DNA of 64,000 nucleotides from a virus (Duplodnaviria; Caudoviricetes): IMG/VR virus record IMGVR_UViG_3300010167_000010, positions 256,001 to 320,000 of that record; one strand, 5' to 3'. Shown piece by piece: positions 47,877 to 56,440 of this stretch (position 1 is its first letter; each line of letters starts with the position of its first letter). The notes under the pieces were generated by a model. It saw only the letters and a program-made list of their open reading frames with translations, ran no database searches and was not told where the DNA came from. The position numbers and the translations under genes were made by a program.

Positions 47877-48329
47877 ATGAACATTATTCAACAACAATAT
47901 AACGAACTTATAGTAAAAGCTTTAAGTGAAAATAGAAGTTATATTAAAGGAGTATACGAAGGCCATCATATTTTTCCAAAAGAAATATATAGAAAATGGA
48001 AAAATAAAGAATGGAATAGAGTTCATTTAACTCCTGAAGAACATAATAAAGCACACGATTTATTAAATATAATTTTTAAAGAACAACTAGAAGAATTTTA
48101 TAAATTAAATGCAAAAAGACTTTTAAAAGAGCACCAAAGACATGAAAGAGGAAGACAAAATAATATTATTAAAAAAATATTAGGTAAACAAATACATGAA
48201 CAAAATATGGCTAGACATCGTGAAAAAATAAAAATAAGAGAAGAACAACTAATATTAGAACAAGAATTAAATCGAAATATTGCATATAAATCACCTTGGG
48301 GCCCAGTAAAACAATGGGAAATATTTTAA
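47877..48329 (+). CDS. HNH-family endonuclease (short)
   Basis: YEGHHIFPK...WNRVHLTPEEHNKAHDLL. Confidence 0.7.
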   Translation: MNIIQQQYNELIVKALSENRSYIKGVYEGHHIFPKEIYRKWKNKEWNRVHLTPEEHNKAHDLLNIIFKEQLEEFYKLNAKRLLKEHQRHERGRQNNIIKKILGKQIHEQNMARHREKIKIREEQLILEQELNRNIAYKSPWGPVKQWEIF

Positions 48330-48850
48330 TGTCGAAAACATATTTTATTTCAGATTTACATTTAAATCATAAAAATATAATTAAATATTGTAATCGTCCA
48401 TTTAATGATGTTGAAGAAATGAATAATAAAATTATCAATAATTGGAACTCTATAATTCAACCAGATGATATAGTTTATCATCTTGGAGATTTTTGTTTAG
48501 GTGATAGAGAAGTAATTAAAAAATTTACTGCTAGATTATCTGGACGAAAGATGGCTGTACTCGGAAATCATGACAAATATCGTCCAACTGAATATATGGA
48601 ATTAAACTTTGAATGGTGTAGCCGTTTTCCAATTATATTTAATGGGTTTATGATTTTGTCTCATGAACCAGTATTTTTAGAAATAAACTCTCCGTATGTA
48701 AATTTGCACGGTCATACTCATCAAAATAATTATATTAGTCCTGGTGGTAATCATTTAAACGTTTGTGTTGAACAAATAGACTATAAACCAATCTCATTAG
48801 ATGATGTAAGTAATATATTTTATGAACGTGGGATAAAGAGTGAAAGATGA
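48329..48850 (+). CDS. calcineurin-like metallophosphoesterase
   Basis: ISDLHLNH, HLGDF, LGNHD, LSHEP, LHGHTH; ATG coupled to the upstream stop. Confidence 0.85.
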   Translation: MSKTYFISDLHLNHKNIIKYCNRPFNDVEEMNNKIINNWNSIIQPDDIVYHLGDFCLGDREVIKKFTARLSGRKMAVLGNHDKYRPTEYMELNFEWCSRFPIIFNGFMILSHEPVFLEINSPYVNLHGHTHQNNYISPGGNHLNVCVEQIDYKPISLDDVSNIFYERGIKSER

Positions 48851-49278
48851 ATGTTGTAGAAAAAATTCTTGAATTATTTGATGATTTAGATGCTGAAGAA
48901 TCAACAGAATTAATGATTCGCCTAAGAAATAGAGGTTATGAATTAAAAATAAATAAAGATTTTTCTTTTAAAGATGTAAAAAAAATAAGTAATGAAAAAA
49001 CAGCAAATCTTATTTTAAAAGGTTTTAATGAAGATTTTAATATAAGAGCTATTAAACTTATTAGAAATTTAAATCAAGAATATTCTGATGTATTAGTAGA
49101 TTTTAATATAATATCAGGATTAAGAGAAGCTAAAGATTATTGTGAAAATAAAAATTTATGGGAATCTAAACCATTAGCTTTTGGAAAATATAATCAAATA
49201 GAATTTTTATATAATATGTTAAAAAGAGATTATCCGGATATTTATTTTAAAGTAGAAAAAAATGAAATTTTATCATAG
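48847..49278 (+). CDS. divergent ribosomal protein bL12 (L7/L12)-like protein
   Basis: EKILELFDDLDAEESTELM (NTD-like); EKTANLILKG, IRAIKLIR, GLREAKDYCE (CTD-like). Confidence 0.55.
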   Translation: MNVVEKILELFDDLDAEESTELMIRLRNRGYELKINKDFSFKDVKKISNEKTANLILKGFNEDFNIRAIKLIRNLNQEYSDVLVDFNIISGLREAKDYCENKNLWESKPLAFGKYNQIEFLYNMLKRDYPDIYFKVEKNEILS

Positions 49279-49582
49279 AACAAAAGAGGAGAGATGGGAT
49301 GCAATTAGAAAAGATGGGTGCCTTTGGGGTGTACACGGTAATTTATGGGAACAAGACAATGAAAGAAAATATAGTGGAGATTCTTATAGATACACTTATC
49401 TGGCTCCTTCCGATCCCGGTATTTCTTATGGCGATGTTCTTCTTGAAGTTGACTATATACCATTAAGAAAAGATTTTGGAATAAAACATAATTATGGTTT
49501 TGACCCACCACCTGGACAAATCTGTTGGCAATTTTCTGTATTTGAACCAATTCCATTAGATAAAATTAAGAGGTTAATTTAA
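49262..49582 (+). CDS. putative ADP-ribosyltransferase-fold protein
   Basis: FYHRT...AIRKDG, TYLA, YGDVLLEV, VFEPIP..KI pattern. Confidence 0.4.
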   Translation: MKFYHRTKEERWDAIRKDGCLWGVHGNLWEQDNERKYSGDSYRYTYLAPSDPGISYGDVLLEVDYIPLRKDFGIKHNYGFDPPPGQICWQFSVFEPIPLDKIKRLI

Positions 49583-49637
49583 CTAAATAATAACAAGTAA
49601 AGGATTACTTGTCTACAGAATATACAAGGAGGTATAT
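49582..49637 (+). promoter_or_regulatory. late-type promoter motif plus leader with two GGA-loop (CsrA-type) hairpins
   Basis: ACTAAATA (49582); ACAAGTAA-AGGA-TTACTTGT (49593-49612); TATAC-AAGGAG-GTATA (49621-49636) containing the RBS. Confidence 0.65.
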
Positions 49638-49727
49638 ATGAGAATAAATAGCGTTCCGGCGTTATTTGCCCAACGTCAACTCGGGATAAATGAACTCGAG
49701 TTATCAAAACAAATGCAACAGGATTAG
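49638..49727 (+). CDS. 29-aa flagellin N-terminus peptide (mini-gene or remnant; not in ORF track)
   Basis: MRINSVPALFAQRQLGINELELSKQMQQD aligns with [29 protein letters not shown] of 50492; AAGGAGG RBS. Confidence 0.65.
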   Translation: MRINSVPALFAQRQLGINELELSKQMQQD

Positions 49728-49749
49728 CACTTTCCCATAACTAATTATT

Positions 49750-50490
49750 ATGAATAAAAATAATTTTGTTAAAGATTATATGGAAATTATTAAAAGTGCT
49801 AAAAATAGAAAATATGAAGTTCATAAATATGAAAAGCACCATATATTACCAAAATCTTTATTTCCATTATGGACCAACAGAAAATCTAATTTAATTTTAT
49901 TAACACCACGAGAACATATTAAATGTCATAAATTATTAGCTTATATTTATGGAAAAAATATGTGGCATGCTTATTGGCAAATGGCTATAGATAAAAAAGA
50001 TGGCCATAAACTAACACCAGAAGAATATGAAGAAGTTAGAATAGAACATTCTAAAAGAGTTTCAGAATTTAATAAGAAAAATAAAAAAAATCAAATTCCA
50101 TGGAACAAAGGTAAAAAAGGTTTACAATTTTGTTCAGAAGAAACTAAAAAACTATTAAGTCATATAAACAGTGGTTCTAATAATGCCTTTTTTGGAAAAA
50201 AACATACTGAAGAAACTAAAAAAAATATAGGTGAAAAAAGAAAAGGTAAACCTGCGTGGAATTCTGGAAAAATTGGAATTTATTCAAATGAATATAGATA
50301 TAAATGTGGAAATGGTTCTAGGGGTAGAAAAAATTCTATTGAAGAAATAGAAAGAAAAAGACTTAATTCCTTAGGAAAAATTTGGTGGACAAATGGTGAA
50401 GAAGACAAATTTAGTTTAATTTGCCCTGAAGGTTATTGGAAAGGAAGATTAAAAGTTAAAGGATGGAAAAATAAAGTCAAGGAGGACTAA
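49750..50490 (+). CDS. free-standing HNH homing endonuclease with NUMOD3 repeats
   Basis: [13 protein letters not shown]...[40 protein letters not shown]. Confidence 0.85.
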   Translation: MNKNNFVKDYMEIIKSAKNRKYEVHKYEKHHILPKSLFPLWTNRKSNLILLTPREHIKCHKLLAYIYGKNMWHAYWQMAIDKKDGHKLTPEEYEEVRIEHSKRVSEFNKKNKKNQIPWNKGKKGLQFCSEETKKLLSHINSGSNNAFFGKKHTEETKKNIGEKRKGKPAWNSGKIGIYSNEYRYKCGNGSRGRKNSIEEIERKRLNSLGKIWWTNGEEDKFSLICPEGYWKGRLKVKGWKNKVKED

Positions 50491-50491
50491 T

Positions 50492-51346
50492 ATGGTTATT
50501 AATAATAACTTAAGTGCATTATTTGCACAACGGATGCTTGGAATAAACAACAAGGAAGTTTCCAAGCAATTAGAAAAATTAGCATCTGGTTTAAGAATAA
50601 ACAGAGCTGCAGATGACAGCGCGAATTTAGCAGTATCTGAAAAGATGAGAGCTCAAATCCGCGGACTTCAACAAGCTTCAGCTAATACACAAAATGGTGT
50701 ATCTTTTATTCAAACTACAGAAGCACATCTTGTAAACACAACAGATATTTTACAACGTTTAAGAGAATTAGCAGTTCAAGCATCAAATGGAATTTATTCA
50801 GACGAAGATCGTTTAATGATTCAAGTTGAAGTATCACAATTGGTTTCCGAAATTGATCGTATTGCAAGTCACGCTCAATTTAATGGGATGAATTTACTTA
50901 CTGGTAGATTTGCTAGACAAACTGGAACACAAGATATGTTTTTTCATGTTGGTGCAAACATGGATCAGCGCATTCAAGCTCATATTGGTGAAATGACAGC
51001 TCAAGCTCTTGGTATGCGAAATGAACAGGGCTCTAATGAAATTATCTCTTTAAGAGATACAGAATCATCAAATATGGCACTCGGTAGTATCGACGCCGCT
51101 CTTCGCATCGTCAACAAACAACGAGCTGATTTAGGTGCATTGCAAAACAGAATGGAACATGCACAACGAGGTATCGACATCGCAAGAGAAAATCTACAAG
51201 CATCTGAAAGTAGAATTAGAGATGCAGACATGGCAGCAGAAACTACAAAATATGTCAAAGATCAAATTTTAATGCAAGCAGCTGTAGCAATGTTAAGCCA
51301 TGCAAATGGAAACTCACAAAACGTATTACGACTTTTAGGTATGTAA
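50492..51346 (+). CDS. flaB: flagellin, spirochaete FlaB type
   Basis: [92 protein letters not shown]; 284 aa without large D2/D3. Confidence 0.95.
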   Translation: MVINNNLSALFAQRMLGINNKEVSKQLEKLASGLRINRAADDSANLAVSEKMRAQIRGLQQASANTQNGVSFIQTTEAHLVNTTDILQRLRELAVQASNGIYSDEDRLMIQVEVSQLVSEIDRIASHAQFNGMNLLTGRFARQTGTQDMFFHVGANMDQRIQAHIGEMTAQALGMRNEQGSNEIISLRDTESSNMALGSIDAALRIVNKQRADLGALQNRMEHAQRGIDIARENLQASESRIRDADMAAETTKYVKDQILMQAAVAMLSHANGNSQNVLRLLGM

Positions 51347-51351
51347 CAGAA

Positions 51352-51375
51352 AGTGGGGAGTTAATTCTCCCCACT
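51352..51375 (+). terminator. GC-rich hairpin/terminator after flagellin
   Basis: AGTGGGGAG-ttaatt-CTCCCCACT; weak U-tract. Confidence 0.6.
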
Positions 51376-51383
51376 AATTATTT

Positions 51384-52061
51384 ATGAAAATTATTATTAT
51401 AAGCGATATTCACGGTTCTGATAATTGGAAAAGAGTTATTCCATATAAAGATCAGTTTGATAAAATAGTTGTGCTTGGAGATGAATTTGATTCTTGGACT
51501 AATAAATGGCCTAATCAAATGGATAATGCTTTAGATTTAATTAAATTTAAAACTCTTAATTCAGAAAAAGTAGATTTATGTTGGTCAAACCATGCAACAA
51601 GTTATTTTTTAAGAGAACAGTGTAGTGGTTTTCAACCAGAACGTTTTATTGATATAAAAGAATTTTATGATAAAAATCAAAATTTGTATGATGCTATTTA
51701 TATTTATGATAATTGGGTTTTCTCACATGCCGGTATTTCTAAAGCATGGATGAAATCTTGTGGAATAAAAAATATACGAAAAATAAATAGATTATTCAGA
51801 GAAAGACCAAATTATTTTAGATGGGTTGGGCCGAATGGTTATGGAGATAATGATAATGAAGGGCCGTTTTGGATTAGACCAATTTCATTATTAAAAAATA
51901 GTATTAAGAAATATCATCAATGTGTAGGACATACAGAAGGAAATGATCCAAGAATGCTAATACAAGATAAGCAAATATTTGTATTTGCCGATACTAAAAA
52001 TCATGATTATTTTGTTATTATTGATACAAATACTAATAATGTAGAGTTTGTTAATTTATAA
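51384..52061 (+). CDS. calcineurin-like metallophosphoesterase
   Basis: ISDIHG, LGDEFD, SNHA, SHAGIS, GPFWIR, VGHT. Confidence 0.85.
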   Translation: MKIIIISDIHGSDNWKRVIPYKDQFDKIVVLGDEFDSWTNKWPNQMDNALDLIKFKTLNSEKVDLCWSNHATSYFLREQCSGFQPERFIDIKEFYDKNQNLYDAIYIYDNWVFSHAGISKAWMKSCGIKNIRKINRLFRERPNYFRWVGPNGYGDNDNEGPFWIRPISLLKNSIKKYHQCVGHTEGNDPRMLIQDKQIFVFADTKNHDYFVIIDTNTNNVEFVNL

Positions 52062-52081
52062 ATAATTAAAAATGTTTGGAT

Positions 52082-52128
52082 GTCAATAGTTTATTTATGG
52101 CGCCTCGGAGGAGTAATAAACTATTGAC
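52082..52128. repeat. perfect 14-bp intergenic inverted repeat
   Basis: GTCAATAGTTTATT ... AATAAACTATTGAC around a 19-nt GC-rich loop. Confidence 0.8.
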
Positions 52129-52151
52129 TAAATGCCAGTTAATTTATAATT

Positions 52152-52703
52152 ATGAATGTAGAAAATAAGAAAGTAAAAGCAGCAAAATTTGTTTTAGAAA
52201 ATTGTGAAATTCTTTTACTTAACTTAACTAATATAAAATATTATGACATAATAATTGGTAATTGTCATGAATCCTTTCATGTCCAACATGGTATTATGTT
52301 TTCTAGAAATAGTACCAAATATCTTTCTCTAAAATTAGAGTGGCAACAATTTTATGATAATTTAGGTTATGATTTTGAGTTTGTTCCAGAAGAAGGTCAT
52401 AATGAAGGAATTACTAAAGCTTATAAAAGATTTAAATATAAAGATATAACAGCTGTTTGTATTATTTTTGAAGATGATACGGAAATAGATATAGGAGTTC
52501 CTTGGAGAGGTGAATGGAAAAATAAAGCCCAATATATTAAAATACGAAAGGCAGACGAATATAGACCAGAAATGATAGAAATTACTTTCGATTATAATTA
52601 TTATTGGAATGAATTTATATGGCAATTAAAATATGGAATAAAAATATCTATAAGTAACTTTTTTTATAGAATAAGTCAAATATTTAAGAGGAGAAAAATA
52701 TGA
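52152..52703 (+). CDS. hypothetical phage protein
   Basis: FVLENCE...RFKYKDITAVCIIFEDD...VPW; AGTTAAT 15 nt upstream. Confidence 0.65.
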   Translation: MNVENKKVKAAKFVLENCEILLLNLTNIKYYDIIIGNCHESFHVQHGIMFSRNSTKYLSLKLEWQQFYDNLGYDFEFVPEEGHNEGITKAYKRFKYKDITAVCIIFEDDTEIDIGVPWRGEWKNKAQYIKIRKADEYRPEMIEITFDYNYYWNEFIWQLKYGIKISISNFFYRISQIFKRRKI

Positions 52704-52948
52704 CCGTACAAAAATTTAAGTACAAAGATGTTGACCGCGAAGTTTTGATTATTAAGGAAGACGCAGACTCTATTACTGGGTATGACCTTTCTAAATTGAC
52801 AGAAGAAGAAAAAAAAGAAACTTGGAGAGTAGCAACTAAAGATATCGATTTATCTCAAATGACAGAAGAACAGGCAAAAGCTGAATACCAAAAGTGTAAA
52901 GAGATCCATGGAATCATTAGACGATTTAAGAAAAGTGCTATGAAATAA
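52700..52948 (+). CDS. hypothetical protein
   Basis: GAGGAG RBS; internal DLSKLTEEE / DLSQMTEEQ repeat. Confidence 0.65.
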   Translation: MTVQKFKYKDVDREVLIIKEDADSITGYDLSKLTEEEKKETWRVATKDIDLSQMTEEQAKAEYQKCKEIHGIIRRFKKSAMK

Positions 52949-52953
52949 TTATT

Positions 52954-53196
52954 GTGAATAGATTATACGATTTTCAGTTTAAACAAATAAATGACTCTAT
53001 GTCTATTCAAGATATGATTATACATTTAAATAATTTTCAAAATGCTGTTATTGAAGAAATTAGAGATTTAGAAGTTAAGATGTTAACTATTCCACCACCG
53101 CAAACTAATCCTTATATAAATCATTTAATGCAAGAAATAGAAAATTTAAAAGAAGAATTTAAAAGAGAAAGAAAACGTTGGGGACTTCTTGACTAA
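52954..53196 (+). CDS. hypothetical protein
   Basis: GTG-start 80-aa ORF. Confidence 0.55.
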   Translation: MNRLYDFQFKQINDSMSIQDMIIHLNNFQNAVIEEIRDLEVKMLTIPPPQTNPYINHLMQEIENLKEEFKRERKRWGLLD

Positions 53197-53238
53197 TTTT
53201 TAGTGTCATTACTAACTAATTATTAAGGAGAATATACA

Positions 53239-53721
53239 ATGGCAGATAGAAATGAATTACAAAAAATGCGCCAAGATATGTTAGACGTAGGTATTGTAGA
53301 TCAAAATGGACATGTTAGAAGAAAGCCAGACGGTTCTGTTTTATTTCAAACAGATCAAGATGGAAAAGATACACCTTTTCAAGTAAGTAAGGCTGGAATA
53401 GTTCCACCTATTGAAAAACTTGTTCCAAGAACTAGAGCTGTAAAAAGATCATTTGCAAGATACCCTCTCGATGCTCCTCATTCAATGGAAGCAATCGCAG
53501 AAGCAAATGGAGATAGAAATAAATCACCATGGCTTAATATGACTAATTTTGCAAATAATCCACCACATGGCAAAGGCTCTGGAGATCCAGATACAAAAAC
53601 ACCAGATCCTGGTACAGGCGGAGGTTCTACAGGAACAACACCTAAATTATGCGAAGAGTGTGGAATAGGACATGTTGTAGATGATGAGTGTGATAATAAT
53701 GATTGTCCTTCACATACTTAA
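53239..53721 (+). CDS. hypothetical late protein with C-terminal Cys cluster
   Basis: ACTAATTA + AAGGAG; G/T/P linker then CEECG...ECDNNDCP. Confidence 0.65.
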   Translation: MADRNELQKMRQDMLDVGIVDQNGHVRRKPDGSVLFQTDQDGKDTPFQVSKAGIVPPIEKLVPRTRAVKRSFARYPLDAPHSMEAIAEANGDRNKSPWLNMTNFANNPPHGKGSGDPDTKTPDPGTGGGSTGTTPKLCEECGIGHVVDDECDNNDCPSHT

Positions 53722-53818
53722 ATAAATTTGTTAATATAAATAAAAGTTATACAAGATCAACTAAAGATTGCCTTAACCACAGCAGGAATTAAAGTTAGAT
53801 ACTTGAAAGGAGAATAAC

Positions 53819-54331
53819 ATGAGTAATAATTACTATGGTTTAAATGGTTTTAAAGATTTGTTCCAATTGATGGACGATATCTTTTCTACTGACGGATTTG
53901 CAACTATTTATGATAGACAACCGCGATTTAACAGACTCATTTCTACCAGGGATTTCCCACCAGCAAATGTGTCAGTTAACAAAGAAACAAAGGAACTTTT
54001 AATAGAAGTTGCCTTAGCAGGATGTAACGAAGAGAACGTAAATCTTTCGTTTGATTCAGATTATCTTAAGTTAATTGTAGATGTACCTACAAAAGCTGAG
54101 ATAGAACCACTTCATTTTATTCAGAGAGGACTAAAGAAGATTCAACATATTGAAACTTCATGGATCGTAGATCATAGATTTTACGATAGAGATAATGTCA
54201 AAGTTGAATTTAATAATGGTCTATTAATGATACGAATTTTTCCTAAAGAGGAAGTTAGACCGAAGAAAATTAATCTTTTCGGTAAATATCAACCACAGGA
54301 AAAAGCTACTTTAGAACATAAAACAGAGTAG
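53819..54331 (+). CDS. small heat-shock protein (Hsp20/alpha-crystallin)
   Basis: FPPANV, IEVALAG, FIQRGL, VEFNNGLLMIRI. Confidence 0.85.
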   Translation: MSNNYYGLNGFKDLFQLMDDIFSTDGFATIYDRQPRFNRLISTRDFPPANVSVNKETKELLIEVALAGCNEENVNLSFDSDYLKLIVDVPTKAEIEPLHFIQRGLKKIQHIETSWIVDHRFYDRDNVKVEFNNGLLMIRIFPKEEVRPKKINLFGKYQPQEKATLEHKTE

Positions 54332-54371
54332 CAAATGATTACTAAGCTGTGGTAGTATAAAGGAGATAAAG

Positions 54372-54400
54372 AAAGGACGATAGAAATATCGTCCTTTTTT
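54372..54400 (+). terminator. Rho-independent terminator between hsp20 and fliN
   Basis: AAAGGACGATA-gaaa-TATCGTCCTTT then TTT. Confidence 0.7.
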
Positions 54401-54401
54401 A

Positions 54402-54668
54402 ATGGAAATTATGGAACAACAAAATTTTAATAATTTACAAGACGCAATTTTAGAATTACGTGCTGAACTTGGATCTACAAAGAAAAATATAAAAGAAATT
54501 CTAACTATAGGTGAAGGAACTATTATAGAACTTGACAAAAATGCTGATGAGCCAGTTACAATTTTTGTAAATAATATCAAATTTGCCGAAGGGGAAGTAG
54601 TAGCAGTAGACGAAAACTTTGGAATCCGTCTAACGAGGATTTTTTCACAAGCTGAAAGAAAAAGTTAA
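54402..54668 (+). CDS. fliN: flagellar motor switch protein FliN (SpoA domain only)
   Basis: LRAELG...IKEILTIGEGTIIELDKNADEPVTIFVNN..FAEGEVVAVDENFGIRLTRI. Confidence 0.9.
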   Translation: MEIMEQQNFNNLQDAILELRAELGSTKKNIKEILTIGEGTIIELDKNADEPVTIFVNNIKFAEGEVVAVDENFGIRLTRIFSQAERKS

Positions 54669-54703
54669 TTTAACTAATTATATAGTAAATAATTTTACTT
54701 AGG

Positions 54704-56440
54704 ATGCTTATGAAAAAAACTTTAAACATTGACTCCAATATATTTATCTTTATAAGATATTTTTCGTTTTCTATAGCCAGTGCTATATCTATTCTATTAA
54801 ATATTTTCTTCTTTCAAGCTTTAGATACGGGCGGATATTATTGGATTCTTTTCGGCATTTCTATTTTGTTAGAATCAGCAAAAGTTTCTACTATTCTAAC
54901 TAGAAATGTTTTCTCATCATTATATATAAAATTACAGAAAAAACGTATACAATTAGCTAAATCATTCTTTTTATGTTTATACATTACTTTAGCTGTTTTA
55001 TCTATAATGTCAGCTGCAGGATTTTCTTATTATGTTACCGAAACTACAGACACAATTAAAGAAATAGAAGTTGCAAATCTTCAAAATAAAATAGAAATTA
55101 TGGAATCTATTCGAGATAGAATAGAATCATTTGCAGATGAAAGAGATGTTACTCTTTCAGAATATTCTCCATACATAAGAGCAAATGAATTTTTTGAAGA
55201 ACGAAATCGAATATTTCTCGAAGCAAACGATAGGTGGACTAGACTCAATACTAGATTTAGATCTACTGACCCTGATGATGATTTATATTTACAATTACAA
55301 AGAGAAACTAACGCAGCTTGGACTGAACGAGCTAACTTAAACGTTCAAATGATTGCTGCTAGAGATGCTAGACAACGTGCAATAAATGAATTTAATGATA
55401 GAGGAACTAATGTAGAAGAAAGAATGAATGAATTAGATGCTGAATTTAATATGATGGTTAGAGAATTAGATTTAACAGCACCCGGTTTAGATTTACCACT
55501 TATTAGTAGAGCTAGATTAGTAACACGAGAACTCATTCAAGAATTGGGTTTATTAGAAGATAGAATATTAAAAGAAAAAGGTATGCAAATTATCTTTGAC
55601 GATATGGGTGCATTATTTGGTATAGAACCAAAAATGATAAAACTTATCATTTTATTATTTGTTGCTATTTTAATAGAATTGACTATTTTCCAAACAGCTC
55701 CAGATATTAAAGTAAATAGAAAAGTATTATATTATTTTAGAAATTGGATTCCAAACGATGTAGATATAAATGAATTATTAGGAAAATTTGATAAAGAATT
55801 AGAAAGATTTGATGAAAATTTTAAACCTGAAGAATCTCCAAAGCAATTTGAACAACAAGTTGTAATGCGAAAAAAGAGAATAAAAAGAGAAAAAATAATA
55901 CAGCCAACACCGACTGTCACTAATGTTACTCAACCATCAAATGAAAAAGAAACTCTTCCTTCTTTACCACCAGTCAGTAAAGAAAGATTAGAAAAATTTT
56001 TTAATGATGATGAAAAAAAAGAAGAAACAGAATATACAAAATCACTTCAAGAAGAATTACGAAATAAAGAAATTATTACTCCAGTTGAAGTAGTTCCTGA
56101 AACTATAAAAGTAAATAGAGTAAAAGTTGAACCAACTATTTATACTGATAATAAAACTATTAGATATCGTTTTGGAAGAACTACAGAAGTTATAGCAAAT
56201 AAACTTTGTGATTTTATTAGATTATGTATAAATGAAGCTGGTCCTTTTATTCAATATCCAGAAAAAGCTGCAGAACAATTAGGGCTTTCAAGAAAAGCTA
56301 AAGATGTATTTTTAGAACACATGTCAAATTTAAAATTAAAATCAAAACCGTTAATTACTCGAAATCAATTAAATGAATATTATGCTAATTATTCAGCTGA
56401 TGAAATAATAAAATATGCAACGGAAATAATTGATGAGTAG
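54704..56440 (+). CDS. membrane protein: 3 N-terminal TMs, long coiled coil, further TM
   Basis: Hydrophobic helices with LLESAK motif; KLIILLFVAILIEL; ACTAATTA upstream. Confidence 0.6.
   Translation: MLMKKTLNIDSNIFIFIRYFSFSIASAISILLNIFFFQALDTGGYYWILFGISILLESAKVSTILTRNVFSSLYIKLQKKRIQLAKSFFLCLYITLAVLSIMSAAGFSYYVTETTDTIKEIEVANLQNKIEIMESIRDRIESFADERDVTLSEYSPYIRANEFFEERNRIFLEANDRWTRLNTRFRSTDPDDDLYLQLQRETNAAWTERANLNVQMIAARDARQRAINEFNDRGTNVEERMNELDAEFNMMVRELDLTAPGLDLPLISRARLVTRELIQELGLLEDRILKEKGMQIIFDDMGALFGIEPKMIKLIILLFVAILIELTIFQTAPDIKVNRKVLYYFRNWIPNDVDINELLGKFDKELERFDENFKPEESPKQFEQQVVMRKKRIKREKIIQPTPTVTNVTQPSNEKETLPSLPPVSKERLEKFFNDDEKKEETEYTKSLQEELRNKEIITPVEVVPETIKVNRVKVEPTIYTDNKTIRYRFGRTTEVIANKLCDFIRLCINEAGPFIQYPEKAAEQLGLSRKAKDVFLEHMSNLKLKSKPLITRNQLNEYYANYSADEIIKYATEIIDE

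Noticed and set aside
49560-49637. Sigma28 (FliA) promoter for flagellin
   Set aside because: TAAA is present but there is no GCCGAT-like -10 at the required spacing
49724-49750. CIRCE operator (TTAGCACT half-site)
   Set aside because: No matching GAGTGCTAA half-site, and none seen upstream of hsp20 or groEL
49638-50491. Group I intron joining the mini-flagellin to flaB
   Set aside because: flaB has its own RBS and complete N-terminus; the non-coding flanks of the HNH gene are only about 22 nt and 1 nt, too short for an intron core
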